Shown here piece after piece: positions 1 through 11,385 of a stretch of 64,000 bases of DNA. Under the pieces are notes generated by a model. The model saw only the letters and a list, made by a program, of their open reading frames with translations, did no database searches and was not told where the DNA came from. Positions within the stretch are counted from its first letter, which is position 1. Every line of letters begins with the position of its first letter. The stretch is from assembly GCA_036499285.1 (NCBI GenBank), contig DASYEB010000040.1:8151-72150 (forward strand), written 5' to 3'. Source of the DNA: Puia sp. (lineage in GTDB: Bacteria; Bacteroidota; Bacteroidia; Chitinophagales; Chitinophagaceae). A program made the position numbers and the translations under genes.

Positions 1-2885
1 AGAATTCCTGGATGGCCGCCGGCAGCCCCATCACCTGGAACATGGTACATTATGACGTTCAGCTCATCGGCGGTACGGTATTGCATCAGGGAAAGATTGC
101 CGAAATGGCTACCGGTGAAGGTAAAACACTGGTTTCGACCTTACCGGCCTACCTGAATGCCCTGGCCGGCGAAGGGGTGCACATCGTGACGGTCAACGAT
201 TACCTGGCCCGTCGTGACTCTGAATGGAATGGCCCTATTTTCGAATGGCTGGGGTTGACAGTCGATTGTATCGACAAGCACGAACCAAACACCGAAGCCC
301 GCCGCAAGGCTTATCTGGCCGATATCACCTACGGCACCAACAACGAATTTGGGTTCGACTACCTCCGTGATAACATGGTGCATTCCCCGGAAGAGATGGT
401 ACAGCGCAAACACCACTATGCGATGGTGGATGAAGTGGATAGCGTACTGATCGACGATGCGCGTACACCATTGATCATCTCCGGTCCTGTTCCGAAAGGG
501 GACGACCAGCAATACCATATATTAAAAGGAAGGGTATTGAATCTGTTTGAAGCGCAGAAGAAAGTAACTACCCAGTTCCTTATAGAAGCCAAAAAGAAGA
601 TTGGCGAAGGCAATGATGACCCGAAGGACGGAGGACTGGCTTTGATGAGAGCCTTCCGGGGCCTCCCCAAATCCGGCCCGCTGATAAAGTTCATGAGCGA
701 GCCGGGCATCAAGGTAAGACTGCAGAAGACCGAGAATTACTACCTCGCTGACCAGTCCAAGGAAATGCCAAAAGTAGACGCGGAGCTGTTCTTTTATATC
801 GACGAGAAAAATAATTCGGTCGACCTTACCGATAAAGGCATTCAAATGATCACCCGGGAAGGGGAAGATCCTGATTTCTTTATCCTGCCCGACATCGGCA
901 TCAAGTTGGCCGACATTGAGAAAGAGCCGCTGAGTACAGAAGAAAAGCTGCAGCGTAAAGAAGTGCTGCTGAACGAATATTCGATCAAGGCCGACCGTAT
1001 CCATACCGTTCAACAACTGCTGAAAGCTTATACCTTATTCGATAAGGACGTAGAGTATGTGGTCCTGGAAGGTCAGGTGAAAATCGTGGATGAGCAGACA
1101 GGTCGTATCCTGGACGGCAGACGTTACAGCGACGGGCTGCACCAGGCAATAGAAGCCAAAGAAAACGTGAAGATCGAAGCCGCCACTCAAACCTACGCAA
1201 CGGTTACCTTACAGAACTATTTCCGTATGTATCATAAGCTGGCCGGTATGACCGGTACGGCCGAAACAGAAGCTGCGGAATTATGGGACATCTACAAGCT
1301 GGATGTGGTGACGATCCCCACGAATATGCCGGCTATCCGCAAGGACCACCAGGACATGGTCTTCAAAACCAAACGGGAAAAGTATAAAGCCGTCATCGAC
1401 GAAATAGAAAAGCTTCGCGCCGAAGGAAGACCTTCGCTTGTAGGTACGACCGATGTGGCTGTGAGCGAGTTGCTTGGCAAGATGCTGCAGGCTAAAAAAA
1501 TACCCCACAATGTATTAAACGCCAAACAACACTCCCGGGAAGCACAGATCGTTGCCGAAGCCGGTATGGCCGGCGCCGTGACGATCGCAACCAATATGGC
1601 CGGTCGTGGTACGGATATCAAGCTGGGAGCTGGCGTTAAAGAAGCCGGCGGTCTGGCTATCATTGGTACGGAAAGACATGAAAGCCGCCGTGTAGACCGC
1701 CAGTTGAGAGGTCGGTCGGCACGTCAGGGCGACCCGGGCAGCACCCAGTTCTATGTATCACTCGAAGACGACCTGATGCGTATGTTCGGCAGCGAACGTA
1801 TCGCATCCCTGATGGATAAAATGGGATATAAAGAAGGAGAGGTGATCCAGCACAGCATGGTGACGAAGAGTATCGAAAGAGCCCAGAAAAAAGTGGAAGA
1901 GAATAACTTCGGTATTCGTAAGCGACTGCTGGAATATGACGACGTCATGAACAAACAGCGTAATGTCGTCTATAAGAAACGTAATCACGCCCTCTTCGGT
2001 GATAGACTTGCCCTTGACCTCGACAATGCATTTTATATTGTTGCCGAAGGCCTGATCAGCTCTTTCAGGGAACAGGACGATTACGAAGGATTCAAGCTGT
2101 CGACCATCGTCAATTTTGGGATCGATACATCCATCGACAAGGAGGATTTCCTGAAAAATAATGTCAACGAACTGTCGGAAAAACTTTACCAGGAAGCTAT
2201 ATCCAATTATGAACATAAGCTGGATGAGCTGCGCAAGCAAGCCGTTCCGGTCTTCCAGAATATCCGTACCACACAGGGCAGCCACGTGGAAAATGTGGTG
2301 GTGCCTTTCACCGATGGAAAGAAAAGGACCAATGTCGTAGCCAGCCTGCAAAAGACACTGGACACCAACGGACGCGAGCTGACCAATGCCGTGGAAAGAC
2401 AGATCACACTGTCTATTATCGATGATGCCTGGAAGGAGCATCTGCGGGGCATGGACGATTTGAAACAAAGCGTACAGACAGCCTACCTCGAACAAAAGGA
2501 TCCGCTGGTCATCTACAAGGTGGAAGCTTTCGAATTATTCCGGCGCATGGACAGCGACGTTAACAGGGATATCATCAGCTTCCTTTGCCATTCCGGTATC
2601 CAGGCCGGAAACCAGGAATCCAATACCATCCGGGAAGGAAGAGAGCAGAAAACGGATATGAGCAAGCTGAAAGTACGGAAGGATGAGATGGCCGCCAACC
2701 CCGTAAATGCAGGAGGCCCGCCAAACGGCATCGCACAGGAAGGAGGCAATGATTATTATGAGCCTTCCGAACCGGTACGGCAGGAGCCTGTAAAAGTGGG
2801 ACCCAAGATCGGCAGAAATGATGCCTGTCCCTGCGGAAGCGGCAAGAAGTATAAGAATTGCCATGGAAAGGATGTGATAGGGTAA
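1..2885 (+). CDS. secA: Preprotein translocase subunit SecA, 5' end lies upstream of the window
   Basis: Motifs [18 protein letters not shown] (Walker A), [49 protein letters not shown] and C-terminal [18 protein letters not shown]. The frame is open to the window edge. Confidence 0.98.
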   Translation, partial: NSWMAAGSPITWNMVHYDVQLIGGTVLHQGKIAEMATGEGKTLVSTLPAYLNALAGEGVHIVTVNDYLARRDSEWNGPIFEWLGLTVDCIDKHEPNTEARRKAYLADITYGTNNEFGFDYLRDNMVHSPEEMVQRKHHYAMVDEVDSVLIDDARTPLIISGPVPKGDDQQYHILKGRVLNLFEAQKKVTTQFLIEAKKKIGEGNDDPKDGGLALMRAFRGLPKSGPLIKFMSEPGIKVRLQKTENYYLADQSKEMPKVDAELFFYIDEKNNSVDLTDKGIQMITREGEDPDFFILPDIGIKLADIEKEPLSTEEKLQRKEVLLNEYSIKADRIHTVQQLLKAYTLFDKDVEYVVLEGQVKIVDEQTGRILDGRRYSDGLHQAIEAKENVKIEAATQTYATVTLQNYFRMYHKLAGMTGTAETEAAELWDIYKLDVVTIPTNMPAIRKDHQDMVFKTKREKYKAVIDEIEKLRAEGRPSLVGTTDVAVSELLGKMLQAKKIPHNVLNAKQHSREAQIVAEAGMAGAVTIATNMAGRGTDIKLGAGVKEAGGLAIIGTERHESRRVDRQLRGRSARQGDPGSTQFYVSLEDDLMRMFGSERIASLMDKMGYKEGEVIQHSMVTKSIERAQKKVEENNFGIRKRLLEYDDVMNKQRNVVYKKRNHALFGDRLALDLDNAFYIVAEGLISSFREQDDYEGFKLSTIVNFGIDTSIDKEDFLKNNVNELSEKLYQEAISNYEHKLDELRKQAVPVFQNIRTTQGSHVENVVVPFTDGKKRTNVVASLQKTLDTNGRELTNAVERQITLSIIDDAWKEHLRGMDDLKQSVQTAYLEQKDPLVIYKVEAFELFRRMDSDVNRDIISFLCHSGIQAGNQESNTIREGREQKTDMSKLKVRKDEMAANPVNAGGPPNGIAQEGGNDYYEPSEPVRQEPVKVGPKIGRNDACPCGSGKKYKNCHGKDVIG

Positions 2886-2967
2886 GATTAAAAGAAGACG
2901 CCCGGGCACGAAATCGTTTGCGCAGATGCAATTTGCAATTGCCAACGGACAAGGTATCTTGCAATAT

Positions 2968-4095
2968 ATGAACCGTCTACTTTGCATGATAGCTGTAACC
3001 GCCTGCTTTTCGACCCCGCTGCACGCACAATACGTTGGTTTTAATCAAAAGGAAATAAAGGAGCTGAAACGTATCACCCTCGAGCGCGAAGGCCGCCGGG
3101 ACAGCGTGGCGGCGGAAGTAGCAAAGACCTATGACTCAATAGAAAAGGTGGCAGCCCTTGCACTGTCGGAAGAACCCCACCCCATCGATACGATCCGGAC
3201 CGAGGGCCTCCTGGCAGGAAATCCAAAGAAGACAGCTACCCAGCTTGCCCTTGGGGACATGAATAAATTATACGCACTGGCCCTGGTGTACAAAGTCGGC
3301 AGCGACAAAAGATACCTGGAGCATGCTACCCAATTCCTGCTCGCATGGGCCCGTATCAATCACGGCAGAGGTGACCCCATCGATGACACCAACCTCGACA
3401 GGGCCATCGAAGCCTATGATATGCTAAAGGCACAGCTGCCAAAAGCCGCCAATGACACTATCCGGGACTGGCTAAAAGAAACGGCAGGGGCCGAACTGAA
3501 GGGCCGTTATTATCACCCCGACCGGCCCAGCTTCTATAATAACTGGCATTCCCACCGGCTGAAGATCGTCGGCGAGATCGCATATGCCATCGGAGATACA
3601 GCTTTACAGGGGTATACGATCCGGGAATTAAAGATCCAGCTGGAGAAGAACTTAAATCCCGACGGATCGAGCATCGACTTTGTTTCACGGGATGCCCTGC
3701 ATTATCACGTATATGACCTCGAACCCTTGCTGAAGCTGGCTATCGTATTGTCCCGCGCTACCGGAGCCGATTTTTACAACTACCCTTCGCCGACGGGCTC
3801 TTCCATAAAAAGATCGGTCGACTGGCTTTTACCCTATGTGAACGGACAGAAGACACATCCGGAATTTGTCAATAGTACGGTGGACTTCGACAGGAAAAGA
3901 GCACAAAACAACGAGTCTGCCTATAAAGCAGGGACCCAGTTCGAGCCAAAGAATGGGATGGCCACGCTGGTGCTGGCAACATACTTCGACAAGGGATCGT
4001 TTAAACAGGTCCGGGAGCTGATGACAGAAACTCAAACAGCAAAATCGCTGGCATGGCTGGCCGCCACTGTTACGCTGATGCGATTTAATAAATAA
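2968..4095 (+). CDS. Secreted alginate-lyase-family (alpha/alpha toroid) polysaccharide lyase
   Basis: Signal peptide ending PLHA-Q; NNWHSH and RDALHYHVY motifs resemble the catalytic Asn/His/Tyr of the Alginate_lyase family. ATG at 2968 chosen over 2926 because it gives a clean signal peptide. Confidence 0.7.
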   Translation: MNRLLCMIAVTACFSTPLHAQYVGFNQKEIKELKRITLEREGRRDSVAAEVAKTYDSIEKVAALALSEEPHPIDTIRTEGLLAGNPKKTATQLALGDMNKLYALALVYKVGSDKRYLEHATQFLLAWARINHGRGDPIDDTNLDRAIEAYDMLKAQLPKAANDTIRDWLKETAGAELKGRYYHPDRPSFYNNWHSHRLKIVGEIAYAIGDTALQGYTIRELKIQLEKNLNPDGSSIDFVSRDALHYHVYDLEPLLKLAIVLSRATGADFYNYPSPTGSSIKRSVDWLLPYVNGQKTHPEFVNSTVDFDRKRAQNNESAYKAGTQFEPKNGMATLVLATYFDKGSFKQVRELMTETQTAKSLAWLAATVTLMRFNK

Positions 4096-4330
4096 TTTTA
4101 TATTTCAGCTGATTTCTTAACGATTTAGCGGCGATCATAAGTCTGGATTGAAAAATATCTAGCCAGAAGGCTTGATCGGCATATATTATCTATGGCTTTG
4201 GACCTACGTCTCTCCCACTCGTCACTTTTTCTGCGCATACTACGCGTGGTTTGTTAATTTCATCCGCATTTTTATTTTACTCATCGGAAAGGGTTTTCCC
4301 GATCCCAATTAACCAAGTAGATTGACTATT

Positions 4331-6889
4331 ATGAGAAAAGTTCTAATCGCGCTGACACTGCTTTCCGGTATCTCAGCTGCTGTCGCGCAGCAACGCCCCG
4401 GCAATCCAACTCAAACACCCCCGGCAGGCGCCCCGGCAACGGCACGCGCGGGAGCTGCAGCCCAGCCCAAACCGTATAAAGAAGTTATCACAGACAAAGC
4501 GATCAGCCATAGTGGCCTGTTCACGGTGCATAAGATCGAAGACAAATGGTATTTCGAGATCCCCGATTCAATTCTTGGGCGGGATATCCTCGTTAGCACC
4601 CGTTATAGCAAGACCGCTGCCGGCGGCGGCTTCTACGGCGGGGAACAGGTGAACCTGCAGACGATCAACTGGGTGAAAGGCCCTTCTCACACCCTGTTCC
4701 TGAAAGTGCTGACCATCGTCAGCGTAGCGACTGACAGCAGTCAGCCCATCGCGCAGGCCGTGACAAATTCGAATATGAACCCCATAGCAGCCGCATTCGA
4801 CATCAAAGCCTATGGCAAGAGTGCAGATTCTTCTTCCGGTACCACAGTGATCGATGTGACTGATTTCTTTAAAGGCGATAACCAGGCGGTGAGCCTGACG
4901 CCGGGTATCAAAAGACGTTTCAGCCTGGCTGCCATCGCCGCAGACCGGAGTTATATAGAGAACATTCATACCTACCCGATCAATACGGAGATCAGGACGG
5001 TGAAGACGTTCACCGCCTCGCCTGCACCGGCTGCCCCAAATGCCGGCGGACGTGGAGGAGCCGGCAGCCTGCCTGCCGCAGATATTACCGGAGCCGTGTC
5101 GATAGAGCTGAATAATTCCTTCCTGCTCCTGCCGAAAACACCGATGCGCAAACGGCTGTTCGATGCCCGTGTAGGCTTCTTTGCCAGTCAGTATACAATC
5201 TATGGAGATGATCAGCAGCGGGTGGAAGAAAGCCGTTTCATACACCACTGGCGCCTGGAGCCAAAAGACGAAGACATCGGGAAATGGAAACGCGGAGAGC
5301 TGGTAGAGCCCAAAAAACAGATCGTTTATTATATCGATCCCGCTACGCCAAAAAAATGGCGTCCTTTCCTCATTGCCGGTATCAATGACTGGCAGGCTGC
5401 TTTTGAAAAGGCTGGGTTTAAGAATGCCATCGTCGGTAAAGAATGGCCGGAGAATGACAAGACGATGAGCATGGAAGACGCACGGTTCTCAGTGATCCGG
5501 TATTTTGCCAGCGACATCGAGAATGCTTATGGCCCCAATGTTGCCGACCCACGCAGCGGCGAGATCCTGGAAAGCCATATCGGCTGGTACCACAACGTAA
5601 TGAAGCTGGTACATGACTGGTATATGATCCAGACCGCTGCCGTAGACCCAAGGGCAAGGAGGATGAAGTTTGACGACGAGCTGATGGGCGACCTGATCCG
5701 GTTTGTCTCATCTCACGAAGTCGGCCATACGCTGGGTCTGCGTCACAACATGGGCAGCAGCAGCAAGACACCGGTAGAGAAGCTCCGTGACAAAGCCTGG
5801 GTAGAAGCCAACGGACATACGGCCTCCATTATGGACTATGCACGTTTTAATTACGTCGCACAGCCAGAGGATAATATCTCCTGGAAGGGTTTGTATCCAA
5901 GGATCGGCGATTATGACAAGTGGGCGATCCTTTGGGGTTACAAGGGTATTCCCGGTACCAAAAATGAAGAGGAAGATAAAATGATCCTCAATAAATGGGT
6001 CATCGATAGTCTGAAGTCTAATCCACGCCTCTGGTTTGGAGGAGAAGGTCAGAATCCCGACCCCCGCGCCCAGACAGAAGACCTCGGTGACAACAGCGTC
6101 AAAGCGAGCGAGTACGGTATCAAAAATCTGAAACGCATCCTGCCCAACCTGCCTGAGTGGACGAAGGAAGAGGCCGACCAGTACGATAACCTGGAAGAAA
6201 TGTATGGCCAGCTGGTGGGACAGTTCAGCCGTTATATGGGACATGTGGTCAAAAATGTCGGCGGTATCCAGGAGACCTTCAAGAGCGTGGAACAACCCGG
6301 AGATACCTACGAGGTCACACCCAAAACCACACAGAAAGAAGCGGTGGATTTCCTGAATAAGCAATTGTTCGCAACACCAGCGTGGCTGTTGAATAAAGAG
6401 ATCCTCAATAAATTTAGTAATCCGGGAAGTGCAGAACAGGTCGCGACGATACAGGCCAATGTTTTAAAAGGCCTTTTGTCTTCTGCCCGCCTGTTCCGCA
6501 TGTCGGTGTGCACGGGCCGTTATGGCAGCGCGGCTTATGGTGTGGATGAAATGCTGGCTGATGCCAAAAAAGGCGTTTGGACAGAGCTGACGGCAGCCTC
6601 CCCCATCGATATCTTCCGGCGGAATCTGCAAAAGGTATATACCGATGCCCTTATTAACCTCATGAATGCGACTCCGCCTGCAGTGCCAGCGGGACTGCCT
6701 CCGGGATTGGCATCGTTATTTGGAGGAGATATTAAGAATACGGACGTGCCTTCCATCGCAAGGGCTCAGCTGGTGGAGCTGAGAACCGAAATAGCTGGCG
6801 CAATACCGCGTGAGACCGATAAATTGAGTAAATATCATTTGCAGGATGTGCAGGAGCGAATTAAACAGGCGCTGAATCCAAAACAATAA
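4331..6889 (+). CDS. Secreted zinc-dependent metalloprotease (metzincin, EcxA/DUF5117-DUF4953-like)
   Basis: Signal peptide, HEVGHTLGLRH zinc motif and downstream Met-turn SIMDY. Confidence 0.88.
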   Translation: MRKVLIALTLLSGISAAVAQQRPGNPTQTPPAGAPATARAGAAAQPKPYKEVITDKAISHSGLFTVHKIEDKWYFEIPDSILGRDILVSTRYSKTAAGGGFYGGEQVNLQTINWVKGPSHTLFLKVLTIVSVATDSSQPIAQAVTNSNMNPIAAAFDIKAYGKSADSSSGTTVIDVTDFFKGDNQAVSLTPGIKRRFSLAAIAADRSYIENIHTYPINTEIRTVKTFTASPAPAAPNAGGRGGAGSLPAADITGAVSIELNNSFLLLPKTPMRKRLFDARVGFFASQYTIYGDDQQRVEESRFIHHWRLEPKDEDIGKWKRGELVEPKKQIVYYIDPATPKKWRPFLIAGINDWQAAFEKAGFKNAIVGKEWPENDKTMSMEDARFSVIRYFASDIENAYGPNVADPRSGEILESHIGWYHNVMKLVHDWYMIQTAAVDPRARRMKFDDELMGDLIRFVSSHEVGHTLGLRHNMGSSSKTPVEKLRDKAWVEANGHTASIMDYARFNYVAQPEDNISWKGLYPRIGDYDKWAILWGYKGIPGTKNEEEDKMILNKWVIDSLKSNPRLWFGGEGQNPDPRAQTEDLGDNSVKASEYGIKNLKRILPNLPEWTKEEADQYDNLEEMYGQLVGQFSRYMGHVVKNVGGIQETFKSVEQPGDTYEVTPKTTQKEAVDFLNKQLFATPAWLLNKEILNKFSNPGSAEQVATIQANVLKGLLSSARLFRMSVCTGRYGSAAYGVDEMLADAKKGVWTELTAASPIDIFRRNLQKVYTDALINLMNATPPAVPAGLPPGLASLFGGDIKNTDVPSIARAQLVELRTEIAGAIPRETDKLSKYHLQDVQERIKQALNPKQ

Positions 6890-6893
6890 TATC

Positions 6894-6927
6894 AAAAAGA
6901 ACCCTCGCTGACGCGAGGGTTCTTTTT
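6894..6927. terminator. Bidirectional intrinsic terminator
   Basis: Perfect 14-bp inverted repeat AAAAAGAACCCTCG-ctgacg-CGAGGGTTCTTTTT between convergent genes. Confidence 0.92.
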
Positions 6928-6932
6928 ATCCT

Positions 6933-9389
6933 TTAGTTGGTAAACCCACCGGATGAATTAGCCCGTTTGCTTTCTTCCTCAAGGCCGGATTTTCGCTGGC
7001 GGGCATTCTTTACCTGTGAGTTTCCAAACTTGTAGGTGAATGAGACCTTTAGCTGGCGACTTTCATTTCCGCCGGTGACGCGGAGATATTGACCCGCAAA
7101 GTCACTGGTGGCAGTCCATTGCAGCGTATGAAAGATATCGCTTACCGAGACTTTAACCGTTCCCTGCTTGTTAAGGATAAGTTTTTGTATCCCTGCATCC
7201 AGGTTGCCCAGCGCATGCGTTTTAAAGGTCCCCTGCCAGACAGAGGGCGAGGTATAAAAGCCTGACAGCTCCGCCGTCCAGCCCTTGCCGAGGCGCGCGG
7301 TCTGCTGGGCAAAGATATTGGCGGAAAAGACGTTGACATCCACCGCCCGGCCAGTTCCGAAACTGGCCTTATAGACAGAATAATAGGTATTCACATTTGC
7401 AAACACGCTATACCATTTATACTGGAAGGGATAGCTGATGTTTAGGCTGACGATATCCTGTGTCGCGAGGTTTTGCTTGCTGATAAAGGCTTTTGACCTG
7501 TCCGCCGTATCCACAAGCTGGGTAAATACATCCTTTACGTGGCTGTAGTTCAAGGTAGTGGTCAGCTTGTATTTGTAGACATAGGTGAGTCCAACGCTGT
7601 TTGTATATTGCGGGCGCAGTCCCGTATTGCCTTTCTGATAGGTATATTCGTCGAGCTTGAACTCAAATGGATTGAGGTCCTGGTAGGCGGGCCGGTCTAT
7701 CCGCCGGCTATAGGCAAGCGTCCATTGTTTCATCGGATCCTTGTTATAGGTTATGGCCCCACTGGGAAAGAAGCCTGTATAGTGACGGCTAAAGGAGGAG
7801 TCGTATGTTGCATAACCACCCGCCGACTCTTTATAACCGATAGAGATCCCTTTGGCATTGGTGTTTTCCACTCTGAGCCCGGCCTGGATCATAAGTCCTT
7901 TAAAGTTCCTGTTATAGTTGGCATAGACGGCATTGATATTTTCTTTATAGTTGAAGCCATTGCTGTGGAGGGTGTCTTTTACTTTCGCATTGGGGTAGAC
8001 ATTATATTGCTGAAAGTCGTTGTCACTGGTTGTGTAGGTCGTTTTAAAGCCGAGGCCCAGGCGTCCCTTTTTAAAGTTCTGCTCGTAGTCGGTCTTGAAG
8101 CTGTAGAGATCGATGTCAGTAGGGGCAAGCATATTAAAGACATCACTGTAGAGCAGGACGCCCCCGGAAGGATCAAAATAGAGGTTGGGCTGAAGCTGAT
8201 TACTCCGCAAGCGATAGATGCCATAGTCTGCGTCCATATTCAGGTCATGACCCAGCGAGTCGGTATGCCGGTAATTCAGGTTCAGGTTGCCATTGTTCTT
8301 CTTTCCATTATTGCTGTTATTAGCTTGCAGGACCTTTACGACGTCCCCGTCGGGAATATAGGAAATGGGAGTGCTGCTTTGGGTCCGGGTATTATAATTG
8401 GAAAGAGAGCCATCGACCATTATTCCCAGCGTGTTGTTCCTGTTCAGGAAATAATCAAGACCGGTCTTGAAAGTATGCGTTTCGGCAGCGTTGATGATCT
8501 TTGAATGCTGATCAAATAAAGTATCCAGCTGTTTGCGATAGAGATCGAGACGGATGGCATTGGTCGTATTGCTATAGTTATAATTCCCGAACCAATTGAT
8601 ATGGTTGTCCCGGTGATTCAGGGAAAGACCGCCATTGTAGTTGGAATGGATGCCGATGCCATATCCACCGGTGAGAGAGCCATTGTTACCAAAGGATTTG
8701 TTCTTCTTCAGACGGATGTTGATAATGCCGGCATTCCCCGATGCATCATAACGGGCCGAAGGATTGGAGATGATCTCTATCGATTCGATCTGTGAAGACT
8801 GTATGGTCTTCAGGTAATCAGAGAGATCGGTGCCGCTGAGCGGTACCTGTCGTCCATCGACATAGACCTTGATGCCATTCTTGCCGCTAAGGCTGATATT
8901 ATTATCCTTGTCAACCATTATACCCGGAGACTTCCGCAGCAGCTCCAAAGCATCCTGCCCTACGGCATTGATACTGCCTTCCACATTGAGAATAGTCTTG
9001 TCTGCCTTTACCTCTATCATTGGTTTGCGGGTGCTGACGACGACTTCTTTCAGATTGTCGCCGGATGCCCTGCCCAGTTGGACAACCGCGACGATCCGGG
9101 GTTCCTTTTCGCTAACCATAAAAGAAGGAGAAACACGGACGGGATATCCCACATGGGAAAGCTGCACGAAATAGCTGCCGGGCTTAATGTTATCAAAGCC
9201 GTATCTTCCTTTTTCATCGCTGGTTGTGTATTTTACGATCGATGAGTCCGGCGCATTTATCTTTCGAAGACCGACGGAGACACCTGGTACGGGCTTTTGG
9301 GTTTCATCGACGATAGTGCCGGAGATCTGCTGCGCTGTCACCGCAAAGTGAAGAAGGGCTGTGAGGATAAGTAAAGTAAATTTTCGCAT
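6933..9389 (-). CDS. TonB-dependent receptor / outer-membrane beta-barrel family protein with N-terminal carboxypeptidase-regulatory-like domain
   Basis: Signal peptide (ATG 9389, alternative 9410), plug motifs LKEVVV and IESIEIISNPSARYDASGNAGIINI, alternating beta-strand pattern, C-terminal SFTYKFG. Confidence 0.88.
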   Translation of the reverse strand: MRKFTLLILTALLHFAVTAQQISGTIVDETQKPVPGVSVGLRKINAPDSSIVKYTTSDEKGRYGFDNIKPGSYFVQLSHVGYPVRVSPSFMVSEKEPRIVAVVQLGRASGDNLKEVVVSTRKPMIEVKADKTILNVEGSINAVGQDALELLRKSPGIMVDKDNNISLSGKNGIKVYVDGRQVPLSGTDLSDYLKTIQSSQIESIEIISNPSARYDASGNAGIINIRLKKNKSFGNNGSLTGGYGIGIHSNYNGGLSLNHRDNHINWFGNYNYSNTTNAIRLDLYRKQLDTLFDQHSKIINAAETHTFKTGLDYFLNRNNTLGIMVDGSLSNYNTRTQSSTPISYIPDGDVVKVLQANNSNNGKKNNGNLNLNYRHTDSLGHDLNMDADYGIYRLRSNQLQPNLYFDPSGGVLLYSDVFNMLAPTDIDLYSFKTDYEQNFKKGRLGLGFKTTYTTSDNDFQQYNVYPNAKVKDTLHSNGFNYKENINAVYANYNRNFKGLMIQAGLRVENTNAKGISIGYKESAGGYATYDSSFSRHYTGFFPSGAITYNKDPMKQWTLAYSRRIDRPAYQDLNPFEFKLDEYTYQKGNTGLRPQYTNSVGLTYVYKYKLTTTLNYSHVKDVFTQLVDTADRSKAFISKQNLATQDIVSLNISYPFQYKWYSVFANVNTYYSVYKASFGTGRAVDVNVFSANIFAQQTARLGKGWTAELSGFYTSPSVWQGTFKTHALGNLDAGIQKLILNKQGTVKVSVSDIFHTLQWTATSDFAGQYLRVTGGNESRQLKVSFTYKFGNSQVKNARQRKSGLEEESKRANSSGGFTN

Positions 9390-9445
9390 AAAATCAGTTT
9401 TATAAAGCATAAAACTAATTCGGAGGAGGGGCGGGGATAAACGTT

Positions 9446-9499
9446 TTTAGCTGAGGTGGATGGGATTTAGCTGAAATGCAGGATTTGCCCGACGAACGG
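9446..9499 (-). promoter_or_regulatory. Candidate LytTR-binding repeats upstream of the receptor gene
   Basis: Minus strand CCGTTCGTCGGGCAAA (9484-9499) matches the box at 11386-11401 at 13/16 positions. TCAGCTAAA is directly repeated at 9446-9454 and 9466-9474. Confidence 0.55.
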
Positions 9500-9523
9500 T
9501 AAGGTCCGGCACACGAAGTAAGA

Positions 9524-10231
9524 TCATTTGTAGATCCTGTCCAGGACTTCCTGACGGTGTTCGCGGGAGATGGGGATAAGCTTGCCGTCAATTTCAACAC
9601 AGTTGCCATCGATCATGCTCACTTTGTCGATCGCTATCGTATACGAACGGTGGACGCGGACAAATTTATCGGCGGGCAGCTTATCGGTAATGTCAGTCAG
9701 CGATTGATAGCTTATCCAGGCCTGGCTGGGTGTTTTTACCCGGATATAGTCTTTCAGGCTTTCGATGTACAGGATATCGTTGACGAGGACTTTTACGAAC
9801 TTTCTGTCCACTTTAAGAAAGAGATAGTCGTTGCCGGCTGGCTTGTCCTTTTCTTCTTTTTTGGGTGCAGGCTGACTAAGTTTCACTACTTTTTCCAGCG
9901 CTTTCATGAACCGGGGGAAGGAGATGGGCTTGACAAGGTAATCGATGACTTCCAGTTCAAAGCCTTCCACAGCATAATCCCGGTAGGCGGTGGTAATAAT
10001 GATGCGCGGCGGATCTTTAACGCTTTTCAGAAATTCAAGCCCCGAAAGAAGAGGCATTTCAATGTCGAGGAAGATGAGATCATAGGGTTTGGCTTGCAGG
10101 GCCTGGAAGGCTTCGACGGCGTTCTCACAACGGGTGATGTTACGGGCGTCGAGCCGTTGAAGATAGTTCTCGATCACATCGATGGCGAGAGGTTCGTCAT
10201 CCACGATCATATAGTTGAGGGACCTCAGCAT
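9524..10231 (-). CDS. LytR/AlgR-family response regulator (REC + LytTR)
   Basis: IVDDEPLA, LIFLDIEMP (phospho-Asp), FTTAY-like ITTAY, DYLVKP, and LytTR motifs YIESLKDY and FVRVHRSY. Confidence 0.96.
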   Translation of the reverse strand: MLRSLNYMIVDDEPLAIDVIENYLQRLDARNITRCENAVEAFQALQAKPYDLIFLDIEMPLLSGLEFLKSVKDPPRIIITTAYRDYAVEGFELEVIDYLVKPISFPRFMKALEKVVKLSQPAPKKEEKDKPAGNDYLFLKVDRKFVKVLVNDILYIESLKDYIRVKTPSQAWISYQSLTDITDKLPADKFVRVHRSYTIAIDKVSMIDGNCVEIDGKLIPISREHRQEVLDRIYK

Positions 10232-11322
10232 AATGGCATTTTTAAGGATACGCTGAATTTTGCATCTTCGGTCCGGATATCCAGGGTATAATTGTCACCA
10301 TACAGAAGGTCAAGCCTCCGCCGGACATTTTTAAGACCGATGCCTTTGCTTTCCGCCGGCGCCTCGTCTTCCGTGACAGGGTTGTCAACTCTGAACTAAA
10401 GGAATTCTGTGTCGAGCTTCAGGGAGATCTCAATATGGATCTTGCTGATGTTATTCTTGACGCCGTGCTTGAAGCTGTTTTCAAGAAAGAGGATGAGGAT
10501 CATAGGCGGGATGTTTACCTCCTCTATAAAACCCGTCCGCGTAAAGGAAACGGAAAGACGCTGGCCAAAGCGAAGCTGCTCGACGTCCAGATAGTTTTGC
10601 AGGTAGTCGATCTCTTTCGACAAAGGTACCAGCGGAACGTTGGATTCATAGAGCATATAGCTCATCAGGTCGGATAATTTCAGGATGATCCCGGGAGCCT
10701 CGTCTGATTTTTTCAGGGTAAGCGAGTAGATGTTATTAAGGGTATTGAAAAAGAAATGCGGATGGATCTGGGAACGGAGGAATTTCAGTTCTGTTTCGAG
10801 ATAGTGTTTTTCTTTTTCCTTCATCCATTGCTGGTTGAGAATGGAGTCTTTAACGAATTTCATTCCGGTGACCATCCCGACCAGATAGGTCTCCTGGATA
10901 AAGCCGACAGCCAGGTTGTTCCTGGTAAAGATGGGCATGTCGCCGGCACGCCAGGAACCCGTTTTGAAGAAATGGTAGATCTCGTCCAGTACCATAATAA
11001 ATACAGAACAGGCTATGATGGTCAGGAACAGGACAACCGCATAGGTTTTATATCTTTTTGTAAAGAGGAAACGCGGGATCAGTATATAGATATTCAAATA
11101 GGCGAATGAAGCCTGAAACGCCAAAAAGACGAGATACGTGATGCAGGAGACCAGGGTCAGCTTCTCATGCAGGCTCATATACAGGATCAGCATCAGCACG
11201 TAATACGCAAGCCAGAAAAGCAGGTGATAGAGCCAGCGTTTCTTAAGGAGGCCCGAGCCCTGCAGATCCTTTGCAAAGGAGGGTCCGGTAAGAGCGCTGA
11301 TATTTGGGGTGGGATCCGACAT
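10225..11322 (-). pseudogene. LytS/YehU-type membrane sensor histidine kinase interrupted by an in-frame TAG at 10396-10398
   Basis: Four TM segments, LRSQIHPHFFFNTLNNIY H-box and ENSFKHG N-box. After the TAG the same frame continues FRVDNP...KGIGLKNVRRRLDLLYG...LKMPLC to TGA at 10225-10227, which overlaps the LytTR ATG. Confidence 0.75.
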
Positions 11323-11385
11323 GGCAATTGACCAAAATTAAGGGTTTTGGAAAAAGAGGATGCAAGAGTTCTCCGGATTGCATGG

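Noticed and set aside
7539-8504. 321-aa + strand ORF
   Set aside because: Antisense shadow of the TonB-dependent receptor; no recognisable domain.
10396-10398. Genome-wide amber recoding or pyrrolysine as explanation for the TAG
   Set aside because: deoC, the M20 hydrolase, sucD and the GlxA regulator end in TAG at expected lengths, and no pyl genes are in the window.
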